Assembly (NCBI GenBank): GCA_963675295.2
Contig: CAXXKJ010000001.1
Span: 128,001 to 192,000 of the forward strand
Direction of reading: 5' to 3'
DNA from: a bacterium
GTDB lineage: Bacteria > Electryoneota > Electryoneia > Electryoneales > Electryoneaceae
Length of the DNA: 64,000 bases
Positions 38,553 to 47,947 of the stretch are shown piece after piece. Positions within the stretch are counted from its first letter, which is position 1. Every line of letters starts with the position of its first letter. Both the position numbers and the translations under genes were made by a program. The notes under the pieces were generated by a model. That model searched no databases. It worked only from the letters and a program-made list of their open reading frames with translations, and was not told the origin of the DNA.

Positions 38553-39107
38553 ATGCGAGTTCGTGCATTTGCGGTAGTCATGGTTTTGATGTTTGCGGCC
38601 ACCTCGGCGTTCGCCGGTGGGTTCTGGGCTGGTGTCGGTGCGGATTTCTTCATGTACAGCGACACTGACGCGTTGGATGCTGGCGGATTCTCGACCACCG
38701 GTATCGGATTCACCCCGAAGGTTGGGTACCAGATCAACGACATGTGGGCTGTTACCGCTGGTTACAAGTACTTCCTGACCAACTCAGGTGACAACGGTGA
38801 CTGGACTCAGACCGCGATCCACATTGCTGGTAACTTCGCTCCGTTCAAGGACGGCGGCATGAAGCCGTTGTACTTCATCGCAGGTGTGGACCTGGTTACG
38901 TGGGAATTTGAAGTCCCGGGTGTCAATGTTCCTGGTTTCGGAACCGTTGGCGGTGGCACCTTTGATGACAGCGAAACCGGTATCCTCTTCGGCGCTGGCT
39001 ACGGCTGGATGATGGGCGACAAGTTCAGCTTGAATCCGGAAATCACCTACGTTACGGGTGACGTCGGCGGCATCAACATCGAAGTCGGTGTCCGCTATCG
39101 CTTCTAA
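38553..39107 (+). CDS. Small outer-membrane beta-barrel protein (OmpA-like/porin family)
   Basis: GGAGG RBS, signal peptide, alternating aromatic strands, terminal GVRYRF beta-signal. Confidence 0.85.
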   Translation: MRVRAFAVVMVLMFAATSAFAGGFWAGVGADFFMYSDTDALDAGGFSTTGIGFTPKVGYQINDMWAVTAGYKYFLTNSGDNGDWTQTAIHIAGNFAPFKDGGMKPLYFIAGVDLVTWEFEVPGVNVPGFGTVGGGTFDDSETGILFGAGYGWMMGDKFSLNPEITYVTGDVGGINIEVGVRYRF

Positions 39108-39137
39108 GCTCCGAAGCACCTGAAGTAGACTGTTCAA

Positions 39138-39166
39138 AGGCCGTCCCGATCCGGGACGGCTTTTTT
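39138..39166 (+). terminator. Intrinsic terminator
   Basis: GGCCGTCCCG-ATC-CGGGACGGCT followed by TTTTT. Confidence 0.85.
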
Positions 39167-39284
39167 GCATCCGGCTCCAGTTCTCCAATTCACTCCCTCT
39201 TCGCTCCTGTCGTCCGGCACCGTTTTGGCATCTTCCTCATCTTGGAGACAAAACACGTATCACGATGAACCAGGAGGAGAAACC

Positions 39285-39755
39285 ATGCTCAACCCAGGCG
39301 ATAAGGCACCAGATTTCACGCTCAAGAACGCGGACGATCAGGACGTGTCGCTCAACGACCTGAAGGGCAAGTGGACGGTGCTGTATTTCTACCCGAAGGA
39401 CAACACGTCCGGCTGCACCAAGGAAGCCTGCGGGTTTACCGAAGCGTTGCCGCAGTTCCAGGGTCTGGACGCGCAGATTTTCGGCGTCAGCCCCGACTCG
39501 ACCAAGTCACACCGCAACTTCCGTGAGAAGTATGACCTGACGATCGGCTTGTTGTCCGACCCGGAAAAGGACGTGATCCAGGCGTTCGGCGCGTGGGGCG
39601 AAAAGAAGAACTACGGCAAGACCTACATGGGCCTGATCCGTTCGACCTTCCTGATCGATCCGGACGGTGTCGTGCAACATGTCTGGCCGAATGTGCGCGT
39701 CGCGGGTCACGTCGAAAAGGTAGCCGAGAAGCTCGAGGAACTGAAGAACGCTTAA
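39285..39755 (+). CDS. bcp: Peroxiredoxin Q / bacterioferritin comigratory protein
   Basis: VLYFYPKDNTSGCTKEAC, GVSPDS, RSTFLID; AGGAGG RBS before ATG 39285. Confidence 0.95.
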   Translation: MLNPGDKAPDFTLKNADDQDVSLNDLKGKWTVLYFYPKDNTSGCTKEACGFTEALPQFQGLDAQIFGVSPDSTKSHRNFREKYDLTIGLLSDPEKDVIQAFGAWGEKKNYGKTYMGLIRSTFLIDPDGVVQHVWPNVRVAGHVEKVAEKLEELKNA

Positions 39756-39921
39756 TCATGAGCCAACAGTACTCGACAAGTTTGCCAGCCCGGTGTGAAA
39801 ACGCCGGGCTGACGTGTCTCCACCTTTTCCGTCGAACCGCACCGCCTTTCATCTTTTACGCTGTTTTCCTGCGTACGTTTGAAATAACAAGCCGAGTGGA
39901 TCCTCATCCGGGGAGAGTGAG

Positions 39922-40932
39922 ATGGAAAGGCGCAATCTGGACCTCGAGCTGTTCCGTGACGAATCCGCGATCAACCGGGGCGAACCCGGACTTGTTCATT
40001 CCTACATGAAATGCCTCGCCACCGCGATGCAGGCCGTCGGGGACGGCAACGGGCCGGCGTGGTGGATGGGCGCCAGCGGGTTCGCGTTCCGTATCTGGAC
40101 CAGCGACACCCTCTGTCCCAGCGCCATGAGCATGTTCGATTTCAACACCATCCTTCCCCAGGCGATCGAACAACTGGGCTACCAACCGATCTACATCAAC
40201 CGTCCCGGGAACGAGCAGAAGCAGGAAGCCCGGAAACGGATGGAAGCGCATAAGCACATCGTCGCCGCCGTGGATCGCGGGGTGCCGTCGATTGTGTGGG
40301 ACCTGCACGAAGCCGAGTGGGGCCTGATCACCGGCTATGACGACGGCCGCGACGCGTACTTCACCATCACCCATGACGGCCACACGTCCACCATGCCGTA
40401 CGAGAATCTCGGCCAGAACGGGATCGACATCCTCGCCGTCTCCATCCCAGGCGACGCGAACGATCTGTCCCGTGAAGAAGCGATCGATAAATCCATCCGC
40501 ATCGCCGTCAACCACGCCACCCAGAACGAGTGGGCCGACCGTCCCGACTACCAGAACGGGTTCGCCGGGTACGACCAGTGGGCGCTGGTCTATGAACGCT
40601 GGGGACTGCTGATCGACGGCGGGCAGATCGATACCATCGGCGTGCCGATCCACGAGTACGCGAAGTACTACGCCGCCCACTACTACTCCGCCCGCAGCTA
40701 TGCGCGCGAATACCTTAACCTGATCAGTAACCACGATCCCGATCTCGCGAACGCCGCGATGAAATATGCCCAGGTCGCCGACCAGTTGCGCTACCTGTGG
40801 ACCGAAGCCCCCGATTCGCCGACGCCGAACCGGCAACTGCTGGACGATTTCGTCGCACGTCTGCACAACGCGAAACGCCTCGAAGCCGAAGCCGTCGAAG
40901 CGCTGAAGATGTACCTCGGGGTGAAGGTGTAG
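39922..40932 (+). CDS. Hypothetical protein, possibly BtrH/papain-like fold
   Basis: High-GC codon pattern; MGASGFAF, VDRGVPSIVWDL..EWGLITGYDD. Function unclear. Confidence 0.6.
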   Translation: MERRNLDLELFRDESAINRGEPGLVHSYMKCLATAMQAVGDGNGPAWWMGASGFAFRIWTSDTLCPSAMSMFDFNTILPQAIEQLGYQPIYINRPGNEQKQEARKRMEAHKHIVAAVDRGVPSIVWDLHEAEWGLITGYDDGRDAYFTITHDGHTSTMPYENLGQNGIDILAVSIPGDANDLSREEAIDKSIRIAVNHATQNEWADRPDYQNGFAGYDQWALVYERWGLLIDGGQIDTIGVPIHEYAKYYAAHYYSARSYAREYLNLISNHDPDLANAAMKYAQVADQLRYLWTEAPDSPTPNRQLLDDFVARLHNAKRLEAEAVEALKMYLGVKV

Positions 40933-41012
40933 CGTCGCCGGAAACGGCGTCCAGACAAAGGACTCCGTCAGGTTTCTGAAGCTTTGCTGCTGCTGTGCTA
41001 TTGGGGTCTACT

Positions 41013-42572
41013 ATGAATCGCGGATCGTATCCCTCAGGGCTGCTTGCCCTCTTCGCGCTTGCTTTCCTCGCCTGTCCAGCGCTGGTCCATGCTCAACCTC
41101 ACGTGATCTGGCAACGGGAGATTGGTATCTCGCGTCAGGACTATGCCCTTGGTCTGGAAATCTGTGAGAATGGCGACTATCTGTTTATTTCATCTATGGA
41201 TTACCAGAATCACGTTGTTGATAGAGTATCACCCGACGGAATTATTGTCGGATCTACAGATATTTTGGATAGTCAAAGTGGATACGAACTTGAAATGATA
41301 GAATCGGGCTATTTTCTGGCTCAAACATACCTCCATGATCCAGACTCTTCATACACTATGATCTATAACTCAATGTTTGAGCCAATCATGACATCGGATA
41401 CGTATCCAGGGAGTGGAGGATCGGCACACAGATGCAGAACTGGTGGTTTTATCGCGTGCGGTGACAGTTACACTACTCATACAGCATATACAACAAAGTT
41501 GAGCCCCAGCGGCGAGGTTGTCTGGTCTCTCGCGTGGCCAAACCTGTACAGTGGGGTGTCGTCATTTGATGTTGCATCTGATCACTTGGGAAATATCTAC
41601 GATCCGCTGAACTATTACTACGGCGGCAGCGAGACGGTCATCAGGCTCGTCAAACTGTCAAGTGATGGGAGTATTCTCTGGATAACAGAGTATCCGGAAT
41701 CAAACAACCCGTATATCCATTATGTCGGCGAGGTCAGTGTGCGGCCTGATGGCAATATCCATATGTGTGGTGTGCTGGACATCGAACCCGACACGCTCTA
41801 CTCGGTGATGAATGTGACACCAGATGGAGATGTCGTTGACTATTTCGGAGCTATCGATGACCTCGACGATATTTGCCAGATGCATGATGGCGGATACCTT
41901 GCGATCAACATTTCCTACCCGAACTTCCTGATCTTCACCCGTTACACCGCTTCCGGTGATCCGCTGTATTCCTGGACTCACGAGGTATCGACGAATCCAG
42001 ACATAGAGTGGATTGAACGTATTTTCGCGAAAACCACCCCAGATGACGAAGTGATCGTGTTTGGCTGCTATTACTACAACCTTGGAGGGGGTGACTACGA
42101 TTACAACCCATTCGCGGTGAAGATGGATCTCGGTCCGACCGATCTGCAACTCGAAGTACAGCCACTCACCAATACTTCGGTAATCTCAGCTCCAGGACAG
42201 TTTTTCTGGAGTGGTACGCTGACCAACACCACAAACGCCAACATCACCACCGATGTCTGGGTGCTGGTACGCGGTCCTGCTGGATATCCAAGCGAACCGC
42301 TGTGGGTCTGGCAGGATATCAATATCCCTGTTCCGGCAAACGGCAGAGTCAGTGCGATCCTGCAACAGGACGTTCCCGCCGACGCCGAAACCGGACAATA
42401 CAACTACATCGTACGGGTTGGCGATTACGACGCCCCCGGCGGTCCACGCCATACGATCCAGGCGTATTTCCCGCTACGGGTTGTTGATGGCGCCGAGGTT
42501 GATCTTGATCCGCCACGGGTCCACGGTGTCGTTGCCGCGCCGCTTGCTGCCCCAACGCTTCGAAAACGATAG
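41013..42572 (+). CDS. Secreted beta-propeller-like protein with C-terminal Ig-like module, no CTD
   Basis: Signal peptide; KLSPSGEVVW and KLSSDGSILW repeats; DVWVLVRGP...QDVPADAETGQY module. Confidence 0.7.
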   Translation: MNRGSYPSGLLALFALAFLACPALVHAQPHVIWQREIGISRQDYALGLEICENGDYLFISSMDYQNHVVDRVSPDGIIVGSTDILDSQSGYELEMIESGYFLAQTYLHDPDSSYTMIYNSMFEPIMTSDTYPGSGGSAHRCRTGGFIACGDSYTTHTAYTTKLSPSGEVVWSLAWPNLYSGVSSFDVASDHLGNIYDPLNYYYGGSETVIRLVKLSSDGSILWITEYPESNNPYIHYVGEVSVRPDGNIHMCGVLDIEPDTLYSVMNVTPDGDVVDYFGAIDDLDDICQMHDGGYLAINISYPNFLIFTRYTASGDPLYSWTHEVSTNPDIEWIERIFAKTTPDDEVIVFGCYYYNLGGGDYDYNPFAVKMDLGPTDLQLEVQPLTNTSVISAPGQFFWSGTLTNTTNANITTDVWVLVRGPAGYPSEPLWVWQDINIPVPANGRVSAILQQDVPADAETGQYNYIVRVGDYDAPGGPRHTIQAYFPLRVVDGAEVDLDPPRVHGVVAAPLAAPTLRKR

Positions 42573-42588
42573 TTCCTGACACATGAAG

Positions 42589-42613
42589 ACCCGGGCTGCG
42601 TGGCAACCCGGGT
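42589..42613. terminator. Hairpin, duplicated at 43477-43500
   Basis: ACCCGGG.TGC...GCAACCCGGGT follows both small paralogs. Confidence 0.6.
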
Positions 42614-42653
42614 TCAGTTTGCTGATTCGTTTTTAACTGCTGCCGGACCGGGC

Positions 42654-43049
42654 TCAGTCCTCAGGCAGCTTGCAGAAGCAGTGGGTGCCCATGCCTGCGA
42701 TGTAATTCTGCGAATATCCGCCGACATAGACATACATGGTGTAGTCGCCTTCAACGGCATATGCCGGAATCTGAATGCCGCAGCCCGGGATAATGTTTCC
42801 CATCGGATACAGCCAGAAGCACTGCAACATGTACGGGCCGCCGGTGCAGTCCGGACCCTCCACCATCAACCAGATTTCCCCGGCATGACCAAAGCCAAGG
42901 TTGTTGTGCAGGTTCACATTGAAGCAGAGTTCTCCGCCTGCCGCCGGGATCTCGGTGCAGGAGCAGTTGACGGTCACATCCACCTGATCCGCCACCGCCA
43001 TGCTGGCCATGAGCATCACGCCCAGCAGGATCACCAGAATTTTCTTCAT
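42654..43049 (-). CDS. Small secreted Cys-rich stand-alone Ig-like module protein
   Basis: Signal peptide MKKILVILLGVMLMASMAVA; EIPAAGGEL.F.V.L.NN...IWLMVEGP...IPAYA..G.Y...VG.Y; AAGGGGG RBS. Confidence 0.8.
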   Translation of the reverse strand: MKKILVILLGVMLMASMAVADQVDVTVNCSCTEIPAAGGELCFNVNLHNNLGFGHAGEIWLMVEGPDCTGGPYMLQCFWLYPMGNIIPGCGIQIPAYAVEGDYTMYVYVGGYSQNYIAGMGTHCFCKLPED

Positions 43050-43528
43050 CTTGTCCCCCTTCCAAGGTGTACTGCGCCTTCCATCCATTTCAGCACAACG
43101 CTGATACGGATGCCAAATATCATTAATATGCTAAATATGCCTATAGACTTTCTCTTCTTTAAGTTTATGGATACTAATCTCTATTACAACTCCTATTATT
43201 GTATCAGCGAGCCTGTACTAGTATGATCTATTAATGATACATAGCTTTCAGCTATGTATCATACCTTTCTAGTTTTCACGAGCTTAGCGGGGACGGGCGG
43301 TGAGTAAGTGTTGCCGGGGTGCGAGAAATCAGGAGAGGACTCGGACGCACGAAAACGGGACCTCGTTCAAATGAGCGCGAGGGAGCCGTCGAACTCTGTT
43401 CAAAGAAACGAGATCGGTGCTGTTGGGATAGCGATAAACCGAAGTGACTCAGCGTTTATCTGGACTCAAAATAAATACCCGGGCTGCGATGCAACCCGGG
43501 CGGTAAGCTTGCGTGATGAGGCCTGGTG

Positions 43529-43924
43529 TCACTGGGCGGGTAGCTTGGTAAACGTGTCGGTTCCCATCCCCGCGATGTAATTCAGGTAGTATCCGCCGAC
43601 GTATACGTGCAGCATGAATTCACCCGGGAGCAGGTAGGCCGGCATCGGAACCACGCAGTCGGTGAACACGTTTCCCGACGGATTCAACCAGAAGCACTGC
43701 AAGCAGTAGGGGCCACTGGTGCAGCCCTGCCCTTCCACCATCAGCCAGATTTCGCCGGCGTGACTGAAACCGAGGTTGTTCTGTAACGTCACATCAAATG
43801 TGAGATCACCGCCTTCCGCAGGGATTTCCGTGGTCACACAGGTGACGGTCACATCCACATCATCCGCAAAGACCGCCCCGGTCACGAAGATCACTCCCAT
43901 CAGGATTACCAGGAATCTCTTCAT
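43529..43924 (-). CDS. Tandem paralog of 42654
   Basis: Same length; shares NNLGF.HAGEIWLMVEG, LQCFWL, NYIAGMGT and upstream DNA. Confidence 0.8.
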   Translation of the reverse strand: MKRFLVILMGVIFVTGAVFADDVDVTVTCVTTEIPAEGGDLTFDVTLQNNLGFSHAGEIWLMVEGQGCTSGPYCLQCFWLNPSGNVFTDCVVPMPAYLLPGEFMLHVYVGGYYLNYIAGMGTDTFTKLPAQ

Positions 43925-44341
43925 CTCTTCCCCCTTCCAAGGTGTACTGCAGAAACTATCCACTCCAACTGTGAGCTGATGTGGATACCAAATATCATAA
44001 AGCAACGGAAATCAATTTGTGAACGGCTTTATATAAGAACGTATCCCAAGAACCACCGTAACAACTCCTATTATTGTATCAATGAGCCTGAAGACTCATT
44101 ATTCAATCTCATAAATGAGACAGTACTCTTGTTAATATGCCATTCATTTCCAATGAGTTAGATATGGGGGATCCTTGCAATGAGTCAGCAATCTGATGAG
44201 TGCCGCTGAGAGACAATGGTGGGGAAAAACCGTACCGAGTCGAAACGAAAGGGTTAGAAACATCTAACTTTTGTCTATGAAATGAGTTCGGGGAGGAAGG
44301 GGTACAATCCGTAGGCGGAGTGATGAACTGTGAGCTACGCG

Positions 44342-44713
44342 TCAGCCGCGGACACATGCCCAGGCTTCTTCTTCGTCGTAGAACAACTTCACCTTCAATC
44401 CACGGTTGTAGGCGACATTTTCGTAAAACCTCGCGTTTTCTGCTTCGGCAGGAACGGTCAGAATCGCAAAGCGTTCCAATGGATTGGCACGATGCGCTAA
44501 AGCGTCCGCGGATGCAGCACGGTACACCTCAATCGTATCGAAATCGGTTTGTATCTCACGGCTGTCAATCAACAAGCGATTGCAACCCGTTTCCCTTATT
44601 TTCTCATGCATACTTGAAAAATAGCGCTTGTACTCCTGCTGATTACCGATGTGACCGGAAGAACGCACGATCAATATCGATCCCTCTACGGTGTAGGAAA
44701 CCTCAAACGACAT
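44342..44713 (-). CDS. STAS/SEC14 (SpoIIAA-like) small protein
   Basis: LLIDSR...FYENVAYNRGLKVKLFYDEEEAWA. Confidence 0.7.
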   Translation of the reverse strand: MSFEVSYTVEGSILIVRSSGHIGNQQEYKRYFSSMHEKIRETGCNRLLIDSREIQTDFDTIEVYRAASADALAHRANPLERFAILTVPAEAENARFYENVAYNRGLKVKLFYDEEEAWACVRG

Positions 44714-44793
44714 AGATTTCTCAGAATCTCTGTTCAGAACAGTCCAATCGGGACTGGATCCAGGTCAATCAGCACGCGCAGTTTCGACGAAAG

Positions 44794-45165
44794 TCACTCC
44801 TTGATCCAGTTGCGTGCTTCTTCCTCATCAAAGAAGAACCGGATTTTGAAACCACGGTTGTGTGCCACGTTTTCGTAGAACTGAGCATCCGACAATAATT
44901 CCGGAGGCAGAATCACGCCGAACTTCTCCGCGGGAAATCTACGGATCGCCTGCGCGTCTGTCGTCGCGGCGCTGAATATGTCCAACGTGTTCAAATTCAC
45001 TTGTAGATTGCGATCATCCGCCAGTATTCTCGTGCAACCCGCGCTGAGCATGTGTTGCAGAATTAGCGCTGTGTTCTGTTCAAGCTCCTCGTCGGAATTC
45101 ACCGTGCCAGTTACATGGACAAACAGAACCGTTCCGTCAACGGAAAACTCATTTGCGACAGGCAT
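44794..45165 (-). CDS. STAS/SEC14 (SpoIIAA-like) small protein, paralog
   Basis: ILADDR...FYENVAHNRGFKIRFFFDEEEARNWI; start set at 45165 by alignment to its neighbour. Confidence 0.7.
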   Translation of the reverse strand: MPVANEFSVDGTVLFVHVTGTVNSDEELEQNTALILQHMLSAGCTRILADDRNLQVNLNTLDIFSAATTDAQAIRRFPAEKFGVILPPELLSDAQFYENVAHNRGFKIRFFFDEEEARNWIKE

Positions 45166-45417
45166 CGCGCAATCCAAGTAATGATCGGGGGACTGGACAG
45201 CAATGGAAGTATAGATCCGGGGCTGGTTTCTGCGCAAGATAAACCTGTAAAACCACAAGAGTTCGGGTATACGTTGAAAGCACACAGTTGCGACAAATAC
45301 ATGAATCCCGGACCAAAGGCCCGGGATTCGCAGTCTTCCTGGATGTGGACCGTTCAGGGCGGAACCACTCAGGAGGACCCCCACTTTATGTATTTGATGC
45401 ACAACCTCTGCTTTGGT

Positions 45418-47295
45418 TTAGTCAAGTAGAGTCGTGTACATCTCCACCTCGTCCTCTGTATACCCCAGATGAGCCCAGTCAAGCACACCGTCCGCCGTGT
45501 GGCACTGGTTGCAGGTGAGGGCGCCATCACGACGGATCGCATGGCTGACTTCCATCGCGGCGTCCATCGGCAGCCAGCGCGGTTCCATCATCTCGCCTTC
45601 CTTGAGTGCTTCGTACTCGGAGGTGTTCCACTCGTCCACGTTCATGAACGCCATGAATTTGTCCATCAGGTAGTACTTGAACATCGCGCCGTACATCATC
45701 CCCATCATGCTTTTGTCAAGTTCCACCATCGCCGCCTGCTTCGGGTCGCCGGTGGTGTAATACGTCGGCAAATTGTAGGGGACATACATCCCGCCGAACG
45801 GCCCGATGTTGCTCAAGTCGATGTGCTGGCGACCGTTGAAGCGCTTCATCACGTACAGTTTGGACGGTTTCATCTTGGCAATTGGACGCATGGTTTCTTC
45901 GTACCACTTGTCGTAGTCGAAGTTGGCAAACTCCGGCCACACATTGTCCGGATCGTAGAATTTGTAGAGGTTCTCCCCGTTCGGGTTGTCGCCGATCGGG
46001 TTGCCGAGGAAGCTGGCGTCACCGTTCCACCAGACGTACGTGAGGCCGTTATCCGCAGCGGTCGTTGCTTTCTCTTCGTCCGTGTACACGTAGATCCCCG
46101 GATGTTCTTCGAACTCCGGATGGTCGAAGTCACGGCGGGTCGCGTTATCCTCCTGCAACGTCGGGATATGGCAGGTCTGGCAGGCGACGATGTCCGTGTG
46201 CTCGTTGTAGAAGTCGGCGTTTTCATAATCGCCCACATGCGGCGCGTCACCGTGGCAGTTGGTGCAGCTGACATCAATCGCCGGCAGGTCATTGGTCATC
46301 ATCGTCGTCGTGTGCTGTCCCTTGGCGATCAGGTGGCCTTCCGTCGTGTGGCAATCGATGCAATCGACACCCGCCGCAGCGTGGACATCCCAGGACGGCG
46401 AATACGGCGTCCCACGCTTCGAGCCCGGGTGCGCGATACGCGGCTTATCGTGACCGAGATTGCCCTGCGACTGCATGAAATGGGCGTCCAGTTCATCGAT
46501 GTAGATGTCGCCGCCGAAATTGTGCTGGTGGCAACGCAGGCAGGTGGACGACGTCGGCGTGACAATCGACATTGCCGCGAGCATCGACCGGTCCTGCGTC
46601 CAGTAGCCGAGGCCGTCATCCGTGTACGCAACTTGCTTTTCGTTCATGTCGTAGGCTGCCGCGTGGCAGATCAGGCAGTCGATCGCGTCCTTCTCCGCCT
46701 GCGTCGTGCGGTACCCTGGCATAATCTCGCCCAACGGGGCCTGCACCTGGCCGCCAATGTGGCACTGGCCGCAGCCTTCCGACAGTACCGTACCGTCATC
46801 CAGTTTCACCTGTTCCGCCCACGCGGTGAACGCGAACGATCCCGGCTTCGGGCAGGGACGGTCGATCTTGCCCATCGGGAAATCGTCCGCGAGCTCGCCG
46901 TTGAAGCCCCAGACGTTATCGTGATCGGTGGTGAAGAACTTGTAGTGCGCGGACCCGAGCAGGTTCTCCATCAGGTCGACAGTGATCGTTTCGCCAGTCT
47001 CTGCGTCCTCGATCTGCGCGGTGGCATGACACTCAAGGCAGGTCTGCGGGCCTTCATAGGTGCGGATGCCGGCTTTCCGGAAACGGTCGATGTGATCAAA
47101 ACGGTCCGGATATGCCCCGAGCAGCTCGCTGGCGAGATCGTCGAACTCATCATCTGAAATCGTTTCACTGGCGAAGGTTATTTCCACCGGACGGCTGTCC
47201 GCAGGCAACATCGAATTGATGATTGCCGGCCAGAACGAATAGCCAACGACAGCCAACACGGCGACAACAACAACCGCAATCATCACACCACGCAT
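45418..47295 (-). CDS. Octaheme c-type cytochrome, tetrathionate reductase (OTR)-like
   Basis: Eight CxxCH motifs (CLECH, CGQCH, CLICH, CLRCH, CIDCH, CTNCH, CQTCH, CNQCH); DVHAAAG, Y.WWNG; N-terminal membrane anchor. Confidence 0.85.
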   Translation of the reverse strand: MRGVMIAVVVVAVLAVVGYSFWPAIINSMLPADSRPVEITFASETISDDEFDDLASELLGAYPDRFDHIDRFRKAGIRTYEGPQTCLECHATAQIEDAETGETITVDLMENLLGSAHYKFFTTDHDNVWGFNGELADDFPMGKIDRPCPKPGSFAFTAWAEQVKLDDGTVLSEGCGQCHIGGQVQAPLGEIMPGYRTTQAEKDAIDCLICHAAAYDMNEKQVAYTDDGLGYWTQDRSMLAAMSIVTPTSSTCLRCHQHNFGGDIYIDELDAHFMQSQGNLGHDKPRIAHPGSKRGTPYSPSWDVHAAAGVDCIDCHTTEGHLIAKGQHTTTMMTNDLPAIDVSCTNCHGDAPHVGDYENADFYNEHTDIVACQTCHIPTLQEDNATRRDFDHPEFEEHPGIYVYTDEEKATTAADNGLTYVWWNGDASFLGNPIGDNPNGENLYKFYDPDNVWPEFANFDYDKWYEETMRPIAKMKPSKLYVMKRFNGRQHIDLSNIGPFGGMYVPYNLPTYYTTGDPKQAAMVELDKSMMGMMYGAMFKYYLMDKFMAFMNVDEWNTSEYEALKEGEMMEPRWLPMDAAMEVSHAIRRDGALTCNQCHTADGVLDWAHLGYTEDEVEMYTTLLD

Positions 47296-47451
47296 CTTGC
47301 ACCTCTCTTCACAAAGCTTGGATTGGGGGTTCAGTTTCGGGTTTGATGCGGAGTGGGAGAGGAGGTTGTGTCGTTTGGGGAGTCTAACTTTTAGTATGGA
47401 AAAGAGTTAGCATAGACTACGTCGCAAAGCTCGGGGTAGGGGCGAATCAAC

Positions 47452-47486
47452 AAAAAACGCCCGGTTCAGCGATTGAACCGGACGTT
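47452..47486 (-). terminator. Intrinsic terminator
   Basis: AACG.CCGGTTCA...TGAACCGG.CGTT hairpin with T run on the minus strand. Confidence 0.75.
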
Positions 47487-47511
47487 CACAGTGGATCGAG
47501 GGGCGTTGGCA

Positions 47512-47706
47512 TTACGCGTCCGCCTGTCCCGCCTCTTCCATGCGCGCCAACAACGCGCGACCTTCCGGCGACAGATGCACCTTGTCCTGAATCTCGATCA
47601 GCGAGGTGTTCGACCGCTGTTCGTCCGTGCGAGCCGCTACTTCCGGCTTCGTCACCTGCTGTGCCTGCTGCGCTGTGGCTGCGTGAACACTCATGTCAGT
47701 CGACAT
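47512..47706 (-). CDS. Small protein with FlgM-like D.V.LS.EG motif
   Basis: GGAGGAG RBS, own terminator, QDKVHLSPEGRALL. Confidence 0.7.
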   Translation of the reverse strand: MSTDMSVHAATAQQAQQVTKPEVAARTDEQRSNTSLIEIQDKVHLSPEGRALLARMEEAGQADA

Positions 47707-47740
47707 CGTTCACTCCTCCGTTTACCAGGTTCTACTTATC

Positions 47741-47767
47741 CAATCGGCAGATTCAAGAAAAACTGAA
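47741..47767 (-). promoter_or_regulatory. Putative sigma28 (FliA) promoter
   Basis: TTCAGTTT-N11-GCCGATTG versus consensus TAAAGTTT-N11-GCCGATAA. Confidence 0.65.
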
Positions 47768-47947
47768 CCCCTGGCACGGAAAAATCTTTCAGCGGGCGAA
47801 TCATAAACGTTCACCACTCACTTTAACCTTGCGTGAGTGCAGTAGCATCAACAGGTTAGCAGTATTTAGCGATCCGTGAATCCAGAGAGGCAAGGAGAGG
47901 CCTGTTCGCGCCCTGCGATGCCCCGGGCCGAGACGATCACACGCGCT

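Noticed and set aside
44165-44300. Faint resemblance to a 16S rRNA segment or SAM/fluoride riboswitch
   Set aside because: Only scattered short words match, and the conserved stems cannot be built.
47771-47790. sigma54 promoter TGGCACG (similar cases at 467 and 31271)
   Set aside because: No GC at the required GG-N10-GC spacing.
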